A stretch of DNA of 64,000 nt from Heptranchias perlo (taxonomy: Eukaryota): positions 45,818,001 to 45,882,000 of the forward strand of contig NC_090347.1 of the NCBI RefSeq assembly GCF_035084215.1. The letters run 5' to 3'. The notes below the pieces were generated by a model, which saw nothing but the letters and a program-made list of their open reading frames with translations, was not told where the DNA came from and made no database searches. The position numbers and the translations under genes were made by a program. Each line of letters starts with the position of its first letter. Position 1 is the stretch's first letter. Shown here one piece after another: positions 12,953-26,144 of this stretch.

Positions 12953-13602
12953 CTAAACACAACAGTTTAGTTAGACCTCTTTCAATTCTACAATTGTTTT
13001 TAATATATATGTGTATTGTGTAAAATAGTTTCAATATTTTTAAAGTAAATCAACAATTCAACAGAATAATTTTAACCCTTAGACTGCCGGTAGCTCCAGA
13101 GACATGGCAGTCTGTTTCCTCCAATCCCTTTTGCAAGCTTACGGCTGGGACACTAATATTATAGTCATAAGTCACTGAGCCATCAGTTCAACTGATTTCA
13201 ACTTTTTTTTCTACCTAATGTTTTGTTTTCTAACCTTTCTTTAGTTACCTGCTGGTGTCTTTATGAATTCTGTTGGCCATTTTGACATTGGGAGCAACTT
13301 TCAACAAGTTCCAATGAAACGTCTCCGCCCCAAAACATTACCGCTCTTTCCAGATGTGGACAGACCTGCTGTACATTTTCGGCAGGTTTTGTTCATTTTC
13401 AACAAGATGGTTTTGGTTTGGTGATAAATTGTCTCCAAGGGACATTTTTTAAAGTCAATCAAACGCCAAAATTATGATTGATACGATAAAATCGGGTCTG
13501 TTCATGACTTGTGTTTAATGCATTGAGACTGAAAAGGGCTACCAAGGGTTGAGAGTAATGGTGTGACTGGACAAGTAAACTCCTCTATGGTACACCAAGG
13601 AT

Positions 13603-13960
13603 TACGGTCGCCAACCCTCCCGGTTTATCCTGGTGGCCCCGAGAATTAAAGATTAATTTCCTGGACACTCCTGCAAGCAACCCGGGACAAAAATCATACA
13701 GACATTTTCTTCTCCTGTTCCGCTCACAACAAACAGCACCCATAATGCAATCTGGCCCTGGCACATGTGCGCTCTGATAAAATCATGCAATGGATAGAGT
13801 GGTTTCTGGAGCGCAGAGAATTATGGGTATTGCAGCCACCATTGTTGACTGATTGACGTATCAGACAACGAATGGCAGGAGCGTGGGGGCGAGACGGTTG
13901 GAGGTGGGATGTCGTGATGAAACCCCCTGGAATACATTCCCACCAGAGTTGGCGACTCTA
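13603..13960. mobile_element. Non-autonomous hAT-type DNA transposon
   Basis: TIRs tacggtcgccaaccct / agagttggcgactcta; 8-bp flanks ccaaggat and gtaaggat (6/8 match). Confidence 0.7.
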
Positions 13961-16900
13961 GTAAGGATTAAGTTCACGACAATCACCTTGGCTTTAATTT
14001 CTAAAGTTATATTGTTACCCTTTTAGCACTTGGTCTGTTCCAATGTATGATGTCATAAATTGAACAGATAATGTTGGAGCAAAGCTGAGGTAGAACCTAT
14101 GACCTCATTAATGGATTAGTCCACTGAGAATAGGGAGGGCCACGTATTTTGGGATAAAATTATAACTGTATATTGATAGAATGCTTAACGCTGAAGTGAG
14201 GAATTGGCCAGACAGTAATGTAGTGTGTGATGGTGAGAAGATCGTGATGGGAATGGTACATGTGTTCTATAAAATTCAGAATGGGTGAGTAAAGGTCATG
14301 TGAAAACCAAAACTGAGGTGGTGGCACTGAATGGAGGACGATCTGAATGGAAGAACGACATTGGGCGAAGGGTGTCTGTGATACTTTAAATAAGAAACTT
14401 GTACTAAAATGGTTCACCACCTTCTACTACATATTCTAAATCATATGGGGGGCTGTTAGTAAAAATTCATGGCAGGATGACTAATAGTTTGTTGAGGACC
14501 CAACCAGCCTGAGGACCAGTCTCAGGTAGCTGCAGCAGACAGACACATAGTGGTGGGCCATGGATCTGTGCCTGATTCCCCCAAATCGTGAGCTCCTGAT
14601 TTCAATCATGTCACAGTGGGCAGATACCAAGTGTAGACCAGGCTTTCACAGGAGAAAGGGAGGGGAAAATAGGACCAATAATCCCATTCAGATGTTGTAT
14701 TTTAATAGGACCGTTTCACTTGCTCTATGGACTCTGGGAAAACTCTACCTCCCTTGCCACCTTTTTGGAGAGATGAACGATAGAACAAGCACCGAATCCC
14801 AACCTGACCAAATCCCATAGTCAGCAGGCCACGAGTGGAGGCTCAAGGACACATGGAGCAGCAAGTCTGCTGAAGGCCACAAGTGAGCAGGAGACAAAGC
14901 TGTAAATGGCCTGAGGCCTTATTCTGAGCACCACTGAACACCATGGTCCTCCCTAGCTTCAGCCTAGTCAGTTATGATCTCGCTCTCGAGTGGATTACAG
15001 GTTTGTAATTCACTCACTGTCATCTTTATGTATTATACAGTGAGTGTAGCAATTCCTGATGTGAAGTAAATCATTCATTCAGTAGACTCTGTCATGTCAT
15101 CCCCGCTACACCAAAGGGATGGAGTGTAGTGATAGTTCTAACAACTGCCATCAGCACGGAATTACAATCAAAACTGAATGAAATCTCTCAAATGTTCATG
15201 GCGTATATATTTATTATTAAAAACACCCCTCAATGTTCAGTTTTGGTTTAGAATCCCCTTAAAGGGCTTGAGTTTTTGTTCTATGCCGGGTCACTAGGTT
15301 GAGTATTTCACAGCCAAGGAGATTTCCATATCTGACCAGATGGAAAAGGGGTGAGGGGGTCAGGGTGATGGAGGGATCCCAGCCTCTGTTAGCTGATCAA
15401 AGTGTAGTTAGACTGTAACTCTGACCCTTCCAGCCTCTCACAAGGAGGAGGATGCAGGGTAACCAATGGCATTAGTTGGGATTTTTATTTATTCCTTTTT
15501 TTGCCGATCCCTTGTTACCCCGAGGGTGTTAAGAGTGTGACAGTCACATGTAGGCCAGACCAGATAAGGGGAGGGCGGTAGGTTTTCTCCTTTGAACAAC
15601 ATTAGTGAACCAGTTGGGTTTAACAACATTTTGGCACCTGCCTCCAGACCACAAATGACCAGATTTATGGAATTCCCTTGTCATGGTGGGATTTGAACTC
15701 ATGACCTCTGGGTTGATAGCCCAGGACCAGAATCAACAGGACCAGAATCACCCATTACGAAGGTTAGAGGGGGGAAAAACTGTTAATTAAAAAGGCTACA
15801 ATTTCTAAACAAGCATTATTAAATGTGTGTAGGTGAGGTTCTGACGATGGCTCAAGGAGTAACTGCAGTGCTGGCCTGGTACTGACCCACACACACCAGC
15901 AGGTTTTATCCCCGGTCTGTGCTGAGTGGGCTGGTTTGAACCAGGACAGTAGTCGACCTGCTGCAATTGGTCTCCGTGTCTCAGAGCCAGGGAGGAGAAA
16001 AGAGCAGCCAGGGCTCCAACTCTGGATCATTATTCAGGGAAGTGTGGCTGTTGAGTGAAAGGGTTCAGCTATGCAGCCCCCTATAGTTAAATGGCCTACC
16101 ACCACCCCCTGTCTAGATTCACACATGAAGAACGGCCACTCCGATAAGGTGCCTGAGAATACCAGCACCTGTACAACTGTCCCCCAGCATCTTCAAGTGA
16201 TAAAAAGAGGATTAATGTGAATGGGTCTGGCTTGCTCCTAGGTGGAATGAAATTCAGCATACAAAGGGTTAATCTAAAGACCTCAGTAACTCTTCTGTCT
16301 TCAAGCTTCAGTTTGGCAAAACTTGAACCTGAAAATCTGAAAACAATTTTCTCGTCTGTTTTCAGTCTTGGCTGCGATCACTGACTATATTATAGCACTG
16401 ATGCTATAAAACTTGCCCTTCAGTGTGAAGCCACGGACACTGTAGCAGCAGTCGGCTGGTACTTGTTTGTACAGGATACTGACGTGGAAATTGGCCTGGG
16501 TTTTTTCCACAACTAAACAAGTGGAAATTTCCAGTGGAATTCTATCTTTGACTAGGCGATGTTGTTCAAGTCAGGTGGAGAGGAGTGAGGATGTGTCCTT
16601 ATTCTATATCACAAAATCAGATTAAATTCCTTCACCCAATAATGTGTGTTGAAAAGTTTGGACAGGGGCCTACCCCAAGGATGGGCAGAGAGGGAGAGGT
16701 GCAGGGTCAAAGCCTAGCTCTGCCGAGTTCCCAATCTCAGCTACTGTAGGGAGGGAGCCCATTGCCAGGCTGCTGCTCCGTGCCAAACAATCCATCCCCC
16801 GGCCCCAGCAACATGTTCAAAAGTGCAAGCTGGTTTCCCACCTAACCTCATGGCACAAGAGGGTACCTAACCCCGCAAGGGCAGAGCAGGGGAGGAAACC

Positions 16901-17132
16901 AGGTGGGACGAGGCGAAGAAAGTGAGGAGTAAAAATTCTGATGTCAGCTGGTTTCAGCCAGGCCAACAGCAGGAGCTACAGTTGACCTCCACGTGCTTGG
17001 CTTAAGGCAAAGGAAAATCACCTAGGACTCATGCTTCCAATCACTGTCAAATGATAACCACTGACCTCCAGATCGTGAGAAATTCCGGCTTTACAGAGTT
17101 ATGATACTCATGTGAATACCAGGTAGTTGTGG

Positions 17133-17545
17133 TGTCAGCCATGGCTCAGTGGTAGCATGCTCGCCTCTGAGTCAGAAGGTTGAGAGTTCTAAGCCCCACC
17201 CCAGAGGCTCCAAAGCCATAGTCCAGGCTGACACTCCCAGTGCTGCACTGTCAGAGGTGCCGCCTTTTAGATGAGACGTCTGCCCTCTCAGGTGGATGTA
17301 AAAGATCCCACGATACTATTTGAAAAAGAACAGGTGAGTTCTCCCTGGTGTACTGGCCAATATTTATCCCTAAAATAACAGATTATCTGATCATTATAAC
17401 ATTGCTTTTTGTGGGATCTTGCTGTGTGCGAATTAGCTGCCATGTTTCCTACATTACAACAGTGACTACACTTCAAAAGTACTTCATTGGCTGTGAAGCA
17501 CTTTAGCACCTCCTGAAAGGCGCTATAGAAATGTCAATCTTTCTT
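17133..17545 (+). mobile_element. DeuSINE copy
   Basis: Colinear with 10921-11360. A further partial copy lies at 18898-19185. Confidence 0.85.
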
Positions 17546-17761
17546 TCTTTTTATAAAGCTTGCAGGATGTAGGTGGTGCAGTAGACTTGAGGATGAATGC
17601 TCCTCGCTGCCTGTAATTCTTTGAAAACATTTTTTGCCATAATGTACACAGATTTCTATTTTTCCATCGTTTACCATCTGTTTACCATTGGAACTTTTAT
17701 ACCCCCCTCATTACAATAGTCACTACACAAACTACTTCATTAGCTGTAAAGCGCTTTGGGA

Positions 17762-18393
17762 CATGGGAACAGGTGTAGGTCACTCAGACCCTCGTGCCTG
17801 TTCCGCCATTCAGTGAGATCTTGGCTGATCTGCATCCTAACTCCATTTACCTGCCTTGGCTCCATATCCCTTAATACCCTTGGCTAGCAAAAATCTATTG
17901 ATATTGGATTTAAAATTGTTAATTGAGCTAGCACCTACTGCTTTTTTGCGGGAGAGAGTTCCACACTTCTACCACCCTTTGAGTGAAGAAGTGTTTCCTA
18001 ATTTGTCTCCTGAATGGCCTGGCTCTGATTTTAAGTCCACTTGTCCCAGACTCCACCACTAGCGGGAAATGTTTCTCTCTATCTACCCTATCAATTCCTT
18101 TCAAAACCCTAAAAACTTCAATCATATCATCCCTTAACCTTCTATACTCCAGGGAATACAAGCCTAGTTTATGTAATCTCACCTCATAATCTAACCCTTG
18201 GAGCCCTGGTAACATTCTGGTGAATCTGCGCTGCACTCCTTCCAAGGCCAATATATCCTTTCTAAGGTGCAGTGTCCAGAACTGTACACAGTATTCCAGA
18301 TGTGGTCTAACCAGGGCTTTGTATAGCTGTAGCAAAACTTCCTCCCCTTTATATTTTAGCCCTCTAATTAGGCTCACATTCCATTAGCCTTTT
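17762..18393 (-). mobile_element. CR1 LINE 3' end in CHAD intron 1
   Basis: LYKALVRPHLEYCVQFW..FFTQRVVEVWNSLP. Confidence 0.9.
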
Positions 18394-20786
18394 AGCAGAA
18401 GCAGAAGACCCCGGCCAAGGCCTCCGTACTTGGACTGAACTCAGTCTGAATGTAGTCTGGAACAATATGAATTCCATTCATAGAGCAAATTAAGCTTACG
18501 TTCTATAGTGAACCCAGAATACTTCAAATGAATTCCATGACTGTGCCTGACTGCACACATCCACCTCTGCACGGAGAAACACGTCTGAATGTCATCTTTC
18601 TTTCAGGAGCAAGCACAAGTCAATGGCCCACTTGTTGTAGACCCAGGTGGACATTAGTGGAGCTGCATAGAGCTGAGCTTGTGTCGTGTGTTTAAAGGGT
18701 ACTATAATTTGTATCGTCTCCTGAAGGACCCTCCTCTGGGTTTGGAGAAATGTTTGTTTGTTTAGTTTATTTTTAAACAGTAATGATGAATTAGGAGGAA
18801 ATTATTGGCAGTTCACAGTAGAGCAGATCTGCTTATCCTGATTGATCAATATGGTGGATGTCAATTGGCTCTGCAGAGTAGACTATTGCTACCTCCCCGT
18901 CTGCCCTCTCAGGTGGACGTAAAAGATCCCACAGCACTATTTCGAAAAAGAACAGGGGAGTTCTCCTTGGTGTCCTGCCCAATATTTATCCCTCAATCAA
19001 CATCATTAAAACATTATCTGGTCATCCTCACGTTGCTGTTTGTGGGATCTTGCTGTGCACAAATTGGCTGCCATGTTTCCTACATTACGACAGTGACTGC
19101 ACTTCAAAAGTACTTAATTGGCTGTAAAAGTGCTTTGGGTTGTCCCGAGGTTGTGAAAAGCGTTGTATAAATGCAGGTCTTTTCTCAACTGGAAACTCTA
19201 CTGTCCCCTTTAAGGGGCAGTTTTCTCCCCTGTTCTAAAGGGACTGACTCTTGCTGGGGTCAGTGCTATGGGTCCTTCAGAAACCCACTCAAGCAGACAA
19301 TTTTCATGCATGAGCCCAGATGGCATTAGCAGGCTATTTGACCATGATCTACATTACAGCTAAACATCATCCTGTCCATACATAAACACATCCACAAGGG
19401 TTGCTTGATGGTGACCAGGAGCAGGAAGCCCAGCTGATGTACACCCCCCCCCACTTTCCAGAGACACTGAGGCCAATGGCAGCACCCCAACTATGGCGCT
19501 AGCTGAAAACCACTAACTCAGCACAGACCAGGCACTAAACTTGGGACAGTCTGGTTTGTATGGCTTAGAATCACAGCACACATTTACCAAAAACCATCGG
19601 ACAACTACATTGCTGGTTGCTGACTGAGCTGTCTATTTACCAGGAAGTTTTGGTGAATTCTTTAGAGGGGTATCTTCTCATGCCTCTCTACACTCTAGGA
19701 CATTTATCATGCTTGGCAAAGGAGATTATGGAAGAACACAACTGGTGATGCAGGTGTCATGGTGTCACCGGTTGTTGTTGCTACTACAAACTTATACTTT
19801 TTATTTAATGTTCTAACCACCAGCTAAGATTGCAAATGATAAAGGTTTGCATTGCAAAAGACTGGACAGAGATACCACAGTCTGCTGACAGAACAAATTA
19901 AACTAGATACAGCCATTAACTCATCAAGCCTTTCCCTTATGACCGATGCACATTCTACCCTATCATGGACTCTACCCCACATATTTAATCCCTTCTATGC
20001 CCCATGTACACTCTACCCTAGATTCTATCTACCCATTTAATCCCCTTTCATAGCCCATGTATACTCCACCTTATTATGGACTCTACCCATCCATTTACTC
20101 TCCTGTAAGAAAGTTCAGTATAATATTCCCTGATTCCCAAAGGGAACTGAGCAAAACTCCAGAATAGTGAATCATTCCTGATCTCCATTATTGTACCCTG
20201 GCCTGTAATCCTCCAACCTTCTTCCTCTTCCCTCCCGGGTCAGCCCATTGGTGTAGCAGTTATCGTGTCCCATGGAGCATTTGATTATCTCAGTCTACAA
20301 TCTCCAATACAGTCCCTGACTAGCTATCTATGTGCCTCCTCTTTGAAGTGATTAATCGTCACACCATAAGTTGGTTGGGAGATGTTCCACCTATTTGTTG
20401 CTCTGTGGATATCTTCGAATTTGTAGTCTCACAATTTTACTGTAGTGTCCCCTAGTTCTGCAGCCCAGCCTAAATCAAATAGCTAACTTCTGCTATGCTT
20501 TGAGTGAGTTAATTTGGAGAGGCTTGTCCTGGACCAAGCACTCCTCAATCCCTAAAATGTCAGCTTCACAACTTAAAAAAAATTAGAAGACATTATTCAA
20601 TACAATCAGAGATTGGGCTTCAATTTTCACAGCAGCCACAGCTGGGTGTTGGGTGCTGAACCCGACTGGCCAATTCTGTTCTACCAGCTGACCCAAACAG
20701 GACGCGCTGATCAATGCAACGGAAAATATCTCTCACCGTGTTGAGTAAAATGATACCGGCGAGAGCAGGTAACACGTTGATCTTAC

Positions 20787-21557
20787 CCTCTGCAGCCCCA
20801 TGTTATTGAGCCAGATGCGCTCAACGTATCTCCCAAATGACCGGAAGGCGTTGTCGGGGATGGTCCTGATGGAGTTGTAGGAAAGGTTTAGCTCTTCCAC
20901 CACCCTCAGTTTGCTCAGTGCCGCTGCCGGGTAGGTGTTCAGCATGTTCTTGTCCAGGTAAAGGGTTGCTAAATTCTCCACATCATCCAGGGCGCCGGGC
21001 AGAATGGATGTCATCCCATTACCAGTCAGATGGAGCCATCTCAGTTCCTTAGCACCTGCGAAGGTCCCTGGTTTGACCTGGTTCATCCTGTTGTTGGTCA
21101 GCTGCAGGAGAAACAAGCTCTTCAATGGTGTTAGAAGACCTTTGGCGAGCTCGCTGATTCTGTTGTTATCCAGGTAGAGGTAGGTTAATTGTGAAAGATC
21201 CTGGAAGGCCCCGGGCCTGATGTTACTAATTTCATTATTGGACAAGTATAGATACACGAGCTTCCTCAGTCCACGGAAAGCGTTGGGTGAAATCTCTCGA
21301 ATGTGACAATCCTGAAGATGTAGGGAAATTATGCTCTTCATGGAGCTGAATCCATTGGAAGGGAGGATGGGGTAGTTGTTCTGCTGCAGACTGAGGAGCC
21401 GGACTTTGTTGGGAACTCTTGGGATCTTCTTCAGCCCCTTGTTCTCGCAGACTACATGGAGCAGGTCCCCCAGACAGTGACAGCCGGTAGGGCAGCGGGG
21501 GGCTGCTGTCACCATGGCCAAGAGCGGAGCGACCAAGAGCCAGCTGAGTTTCTGCAT
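20787..21557 (-). CDS. CHAD: Chondroadherin coding exon 1 (signal peptide, LRRNT, LRRs), 771 nt
   Basis: ATG at 21557 (MQKLSWLLVAPLLAMVTA signal peptide), class IV SLRP cysteine cluster CPTGCHCLGDLLHVVC (Cx3CxCx8C), tandem LRRs, and CHAD-typical GALDDVENLA...LSKLRVVEEL...IPDNAFRSFGRY. Ends NNMGLQR|gtaaga (phase 0 donor). The ORF-track extensions on both sides are 5' UTR/promoter and intron. Confidence 0.96.
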
Positions 21558-21649
21558 TGTCCAGGCTGGAGAGTGTGAGGAGTTGAGTGAGTGTCTGACG
21601 GAGCTTGAATCGTGCAGCCCCAAACTAACACCACAACCTGCAGCACCGC

Positions 21650-21700
21650 TATTTATAACCTGCAAGCCTCACCTTCGGGGAAGAACCTCAGTGGGCGGGG
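21650..21700 (-). promoter_or_regulatory. CHAD core promoter: TATA box (TATAAATA, 21657-21650) and GC box (GGGCGGGG, 21693-21700)
   Basis: Canonical TATA about 95 nt upstream of the ATG, with an Sp1-type box about 40 nt further upstream. Confidence 0.7.
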
Positions 21701-24104
21701 ACAGAGGACACCTCCTGTCTATTTAACAGCTTAGAAGCCAGCGAGAAGTTCTCCTTTCTCTGTGCGTGTAGATAAATAGGTCAAGGCGTTGGCGATTCAT
21801 ATAGGGTACAAACATGAAAGTTAGACACCCAGTAAGTTCTAAGTTAAATACATCGCCAAGGAGCCTGGTCTCAGCCTGGCTCCCAAACGATCTTTACTTC
21901 ATTGCCTGAGAGGAATAACAGAAACAGAGAGTAGGGGAACACAGGGAAACTCCTTGCTTGTACATTATCAAGGAGTGACTCACGGCTCAGAGCAAACAGC
22001 CTACATCCTTTGAAAAAGCTGGAATTATAAGATCAGTACCTATAATTATGCTGTGTTTTCTGGAAATGGCTTTTAATAAAACTTTTTTCACTCAAAAACA
22101 GAAATCATAAGGAAAGTCAATTGGCCTTCAAGTCTCCCTTTCTTTAAAGTTTTAAAGACTTGGAATTGCAATTCTTGCCTTCAGGGACCTGGCAGAGACC
22201 CTGGACCAACCTTTTTCATACTTATGTAATCTGTGAAATATGTTATTAATCCTCCAGATTTTAAATGTGCTGCAAAAATGACTGCCCCAGATCCAAAATA
22301 GTTGGGAAAGGCAAAGAAAGAGCACATTTTACAGGCAGAAAAAAATACATTTTTGGGCAGTTAGCTCACACCTTATATAACAAGTGCAGAATTCAAGCTT
22401 TCCTAGAAATGTGCCTTCCCCAGGTTATTTTAATACTACCTTTTAAAGATTTATTTAAAATTCTCCCTTCGTTTCTCCTCTCATGTGCCCCACTATTCCT
22501 TCACTGGTGTGGTGAACGATTGTCCATCGGTCAGTCACTTAGGACTGCATGTGTTAGCTTGTCCTTTAATTTAATTTTATAATGTTACTGTCCCTCCTCC
22601 CGCTGTGTATAAACCTTTTGAGGTCAAGAACCTTTTATTTTTTGTTGTTGGTGAGAAACCAAGGTGAGGGGTCAAGGCCATTGTGTGGGACAGCAGCAAG
22701 GTTGAAAGGAGATAACATGGTGTATATCAGCTATTAAGTGATTAGGTGACACCAAGTATGGATTGTAAATATCTGGATTGTAGGAGGAAGGGAAGACGGA
22801 GGTGAAGAATCCAACAGATTTGAGATCCTGGGAAAGAATGAGTTAGAGGAGGAGATGGTGCGATGACTCTTAATGTGAACGCTGTTGTTAAAATTTCTGT
22901 TTTTTATAGAACCATTTTTTCTTTCCATGGTTCTTAAATGGACCTTGTCTCTTATAATCTGGAATCTTTACCTTTTCTATAAATTTACTGGATTAAACAG
23001 TCCCATGGTATTCCACCAAACTGTCAAAATGCAGCGATTACTCACACTAAAGCAAACTAAAGCAACTTATATTTATTTACAATGAAATAGCAATATTAAG
23101 CACACAAATTTACAAATATTAAAAGCACTATAAATGTGTATAGTATAATATATGTAATATAATATAAATCAGTTACTCGTCATAAGAACTTCTTTATCTG
23201 GAATGTGTTTTTTTTGGTAATGACAGATTAAGTTGTTTCTTTGTCTCATAACGCTCTCTGTATCTGCAGATGACATTGTACATAGTCCATTGTATATGTT
23301 CACATTGAACAATATTTTAATATATTGAGAGGGACAGGAATTGCTTGGCTGTGCCTGCAGACTCTCACCATAACTGTGCTTGGATGGCCATATGCCGGGT
23401 CCTGAGCTTGAGCTGGAGTTTCCTGTGATCTTGTTTTGGCAGCAGAGCCTTTGCCCGCCTCAAACAAGGCCACTGGTGTGGAGGAGGTGGGACAGAGGAT
23501 GGGGCCTTCCTGCCCTGGGAGTTCTCATATCCTTGACCTTACAGGGACCTGGTGTAAGTTTGGAGGCCATTACCAAGTGAGATGAGGCATAGTGACCTTC
23601 TGAAGGGCAAAGGTGGGCCCAATTGGAGAGGAAGGGGACTGTAGGCCATGGGTAGCTGGGATGCCCAAAGGCTTTCAAGAAGAGTAGGATTAGTGTGGCC
23701 CCCTTATAAAGGGGGCAGCTTGGGGCCAATGTGTCTATACTTCTAGGGCAGGACCCTCCAACACTACCCCTTACTTAGCAGCTGGTTGGATTTCCCAGCA
23801 GCTTGGGACAGGCAGGCACCTGAGGTATGCCCACCGGCACTGTGCAAATTAGGGGTCCTCCCCTGAACCCGCATTCTGTGGCAGGGTCAGTGCTGGAGGG
23901 CACCAGCGAGCACGACCCTGGTGGGATCACAGCCCATGGAGATAAGGGGCCAGAGCCTTTTACCTGGTCTAATGCTTTTGGAAGGAATTCCATGCCTGTT
24001 GCTCTTAAACTAGCAGATGTCAGTGCTCCCCCAGAGCAGTGACAAGGGAAAAGCCGTGGAGGCCCATTACATCCGGTCTCCACCCCCACAGCACTGTCCC
24101 AGGA

Positions 24105-25660
24105 TCTCCTGGAACTTCCCATATGACATCTCCCAAATCCATGCCCATCTCTCCTGCAACTCCCTGTTTGAATCTCACCAATCACCAATTGTCCATCCCT
24201 CCCACCGCTCCAAAACGGCCCTCATCAAAGTCATAAACAATCTTCTCTGTGACCGTAACCATGGTGCATTATCCCTCCTCGCCCTCCTCAACCTCTCTGC
24301 ATCCTTTGACCGGGTCAAGTACACCATCCACCATCCTCTAATGCCTTCCCTCTGTTGTCCAGCAGAGTGGGACTGCCCTCACTTGATTCGACTCTTACCT
24401 ATCCGATCATAGCCAGAGCACCTCCAGCAATGGCTTTTTCTCAGTCCTCATACTGTCACCTCTGGAATCCCCCAACGCTTAATCATTGGCCCCTTCCTCT
24501 TCCTTTTCTACATGCTGACCCTTGGCAACATCATCCGCAGACATGGGGTCAGCTTCCATGTAAACACTGACGAACCTCTCCATCACCTCTCTCTGTCTCT
24601 GTGTTCTCAGACTGCTTGTCCGACATCCAGTCTTGCTTGATTCGCGATTACCTCCGGTTAAACATTGGGAGGGCCAAAGCCATCGTCTTCGGCCTCCGCT
24701 ATAAACTCTGTATCCATGCCATTCATTCCATGCCCCTCTCCACTGTCTCAGGCTGAACCAGATAGTTCGCAAACTCGCCATTGTGCTGGTCATTAAACTA
24801 AGCTTCTGACCCCATATGGGGATAGTGGAGGAAAATGGCGTTGAGGTTGAAGATCAGCCATGATCTTGTTGAATGGCGGAGTAGGTTTGAGGGGCTGGAT
24901 GGCCTACTCCTGCTTCTATTTCTTATGTTCTTATGTTCTTGTATCATTACATAGAATTACATAGAATGTACAGCACAGAAGCAGACCATTCGGCCCAACT
25001 GGTCCATGCTGGTATTTATGCTCCACACGAGCCTCCTCCCTCCCTTCTTCATCTTACCCCATCAACATAACCTTCTATTCCTTTCTCCCTCATGTGTTTA
25101 TCTAGATTCCCCTTAAATGTATCTATGCTAGTCACCTCAACTACTCCTTGTGGTAACGGGTTCCACATTCTTACCACTCTCTTGGAAAAGAAGTTTCTCC
25201 TCAATTCTCTATCGGATTTATTAGTGACTTTCTTATATTTATGGCCCCTAGTTCAGGTCTCTCCTGCAAGTGGAAACATATTCTCTACGTCTACCCTATC
25301 AAACCTTTCCATAATCTTAAAGACCTCTATCAAGTCACCCTTAGTCTTCTCTTTTCTAGAGAAAAGAGCCCTGGCCTGTTCAATCTTTCCTGCTATGTAT
25401 AACCTCTCAATTCTGGTATCATCCTAGTAAATCTTTTTTGTACCTTCTCCAGTGCCTCTATATCCTTTTTATAATATGGAGACCAGAACTGTTCACAGTA
25501 CTCCAAGTGTGGTCTAAGCAAGGCTCTATACAAGTTTAACATAATCACCTCCATCATACTGCCTACTGCCCACTTCAGCCCATCTCTAGCTGAAACCCTC
25601 ATCCAAGTCTTTATAGACTTAATTATACCAGTGATCTCCTGGTCGGCCTCCCATCTTCCA
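24105..25660 (+). mobile_element. Decayed L2 (24105-24817, 25546-25660) interrupted by two CR1 3' ends (24818-24940 +, 24945-25545 -)
   Basis: HRSKTALIKVINNLL..LNLSASFDRV; CR1 LYRALLRPHLEYCEQFWSPY on the minus strand. Confidence 0.75.
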
Positions 25661-26144
25661 CACTGAAGACAGTAGAGCAAAGAACACCACGGAATCAAGA
25701 AGGACTGAAGATGGATCCTTTAAAGGGAAAAGGTGGAAGCTGTTGGTTAGGCTTATAAGAGACATGAAGAAACCAGGTCTTTGAAGAATTGAAAGAAACC
25801 AGATTTTCATTACTTCATTGAAGAGAATGGAAAGAATCCATAATGTAATTCAACCATTGCACTCTGATTGTGTGCAATGTGGTGGCCAATTGAAGCAAGT
25901 TGATGAATGTGGATTGTATCGGGGTTAAATTCGATAAGGCCCGATACTGGGCGCGGAGGTCGTGGTGCATGGTTAATCTGCTGTATGCTCATTACCATGA
26001 TTCCCAAATGCAGCCAGCGCTACCCGCACCGTTGAGTGGCTGAACCCACCAGCAGGAGGCCCGATATAGGGCGTGGCCAACACTAGGTAAAGGCAGCATG
26101 CACCTCTTAAAGGGGAGGTGCACTGTCAATGGAAGCAGTGCAGG

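Noticed and set aside
21558-21665. N-terminal extension of the 310-aa ORF (MQVINSG...)
   Set aside because: Starts at a non-ATG codon and runs through the TATA box; the signal peptide begins at the ATG at 21557.
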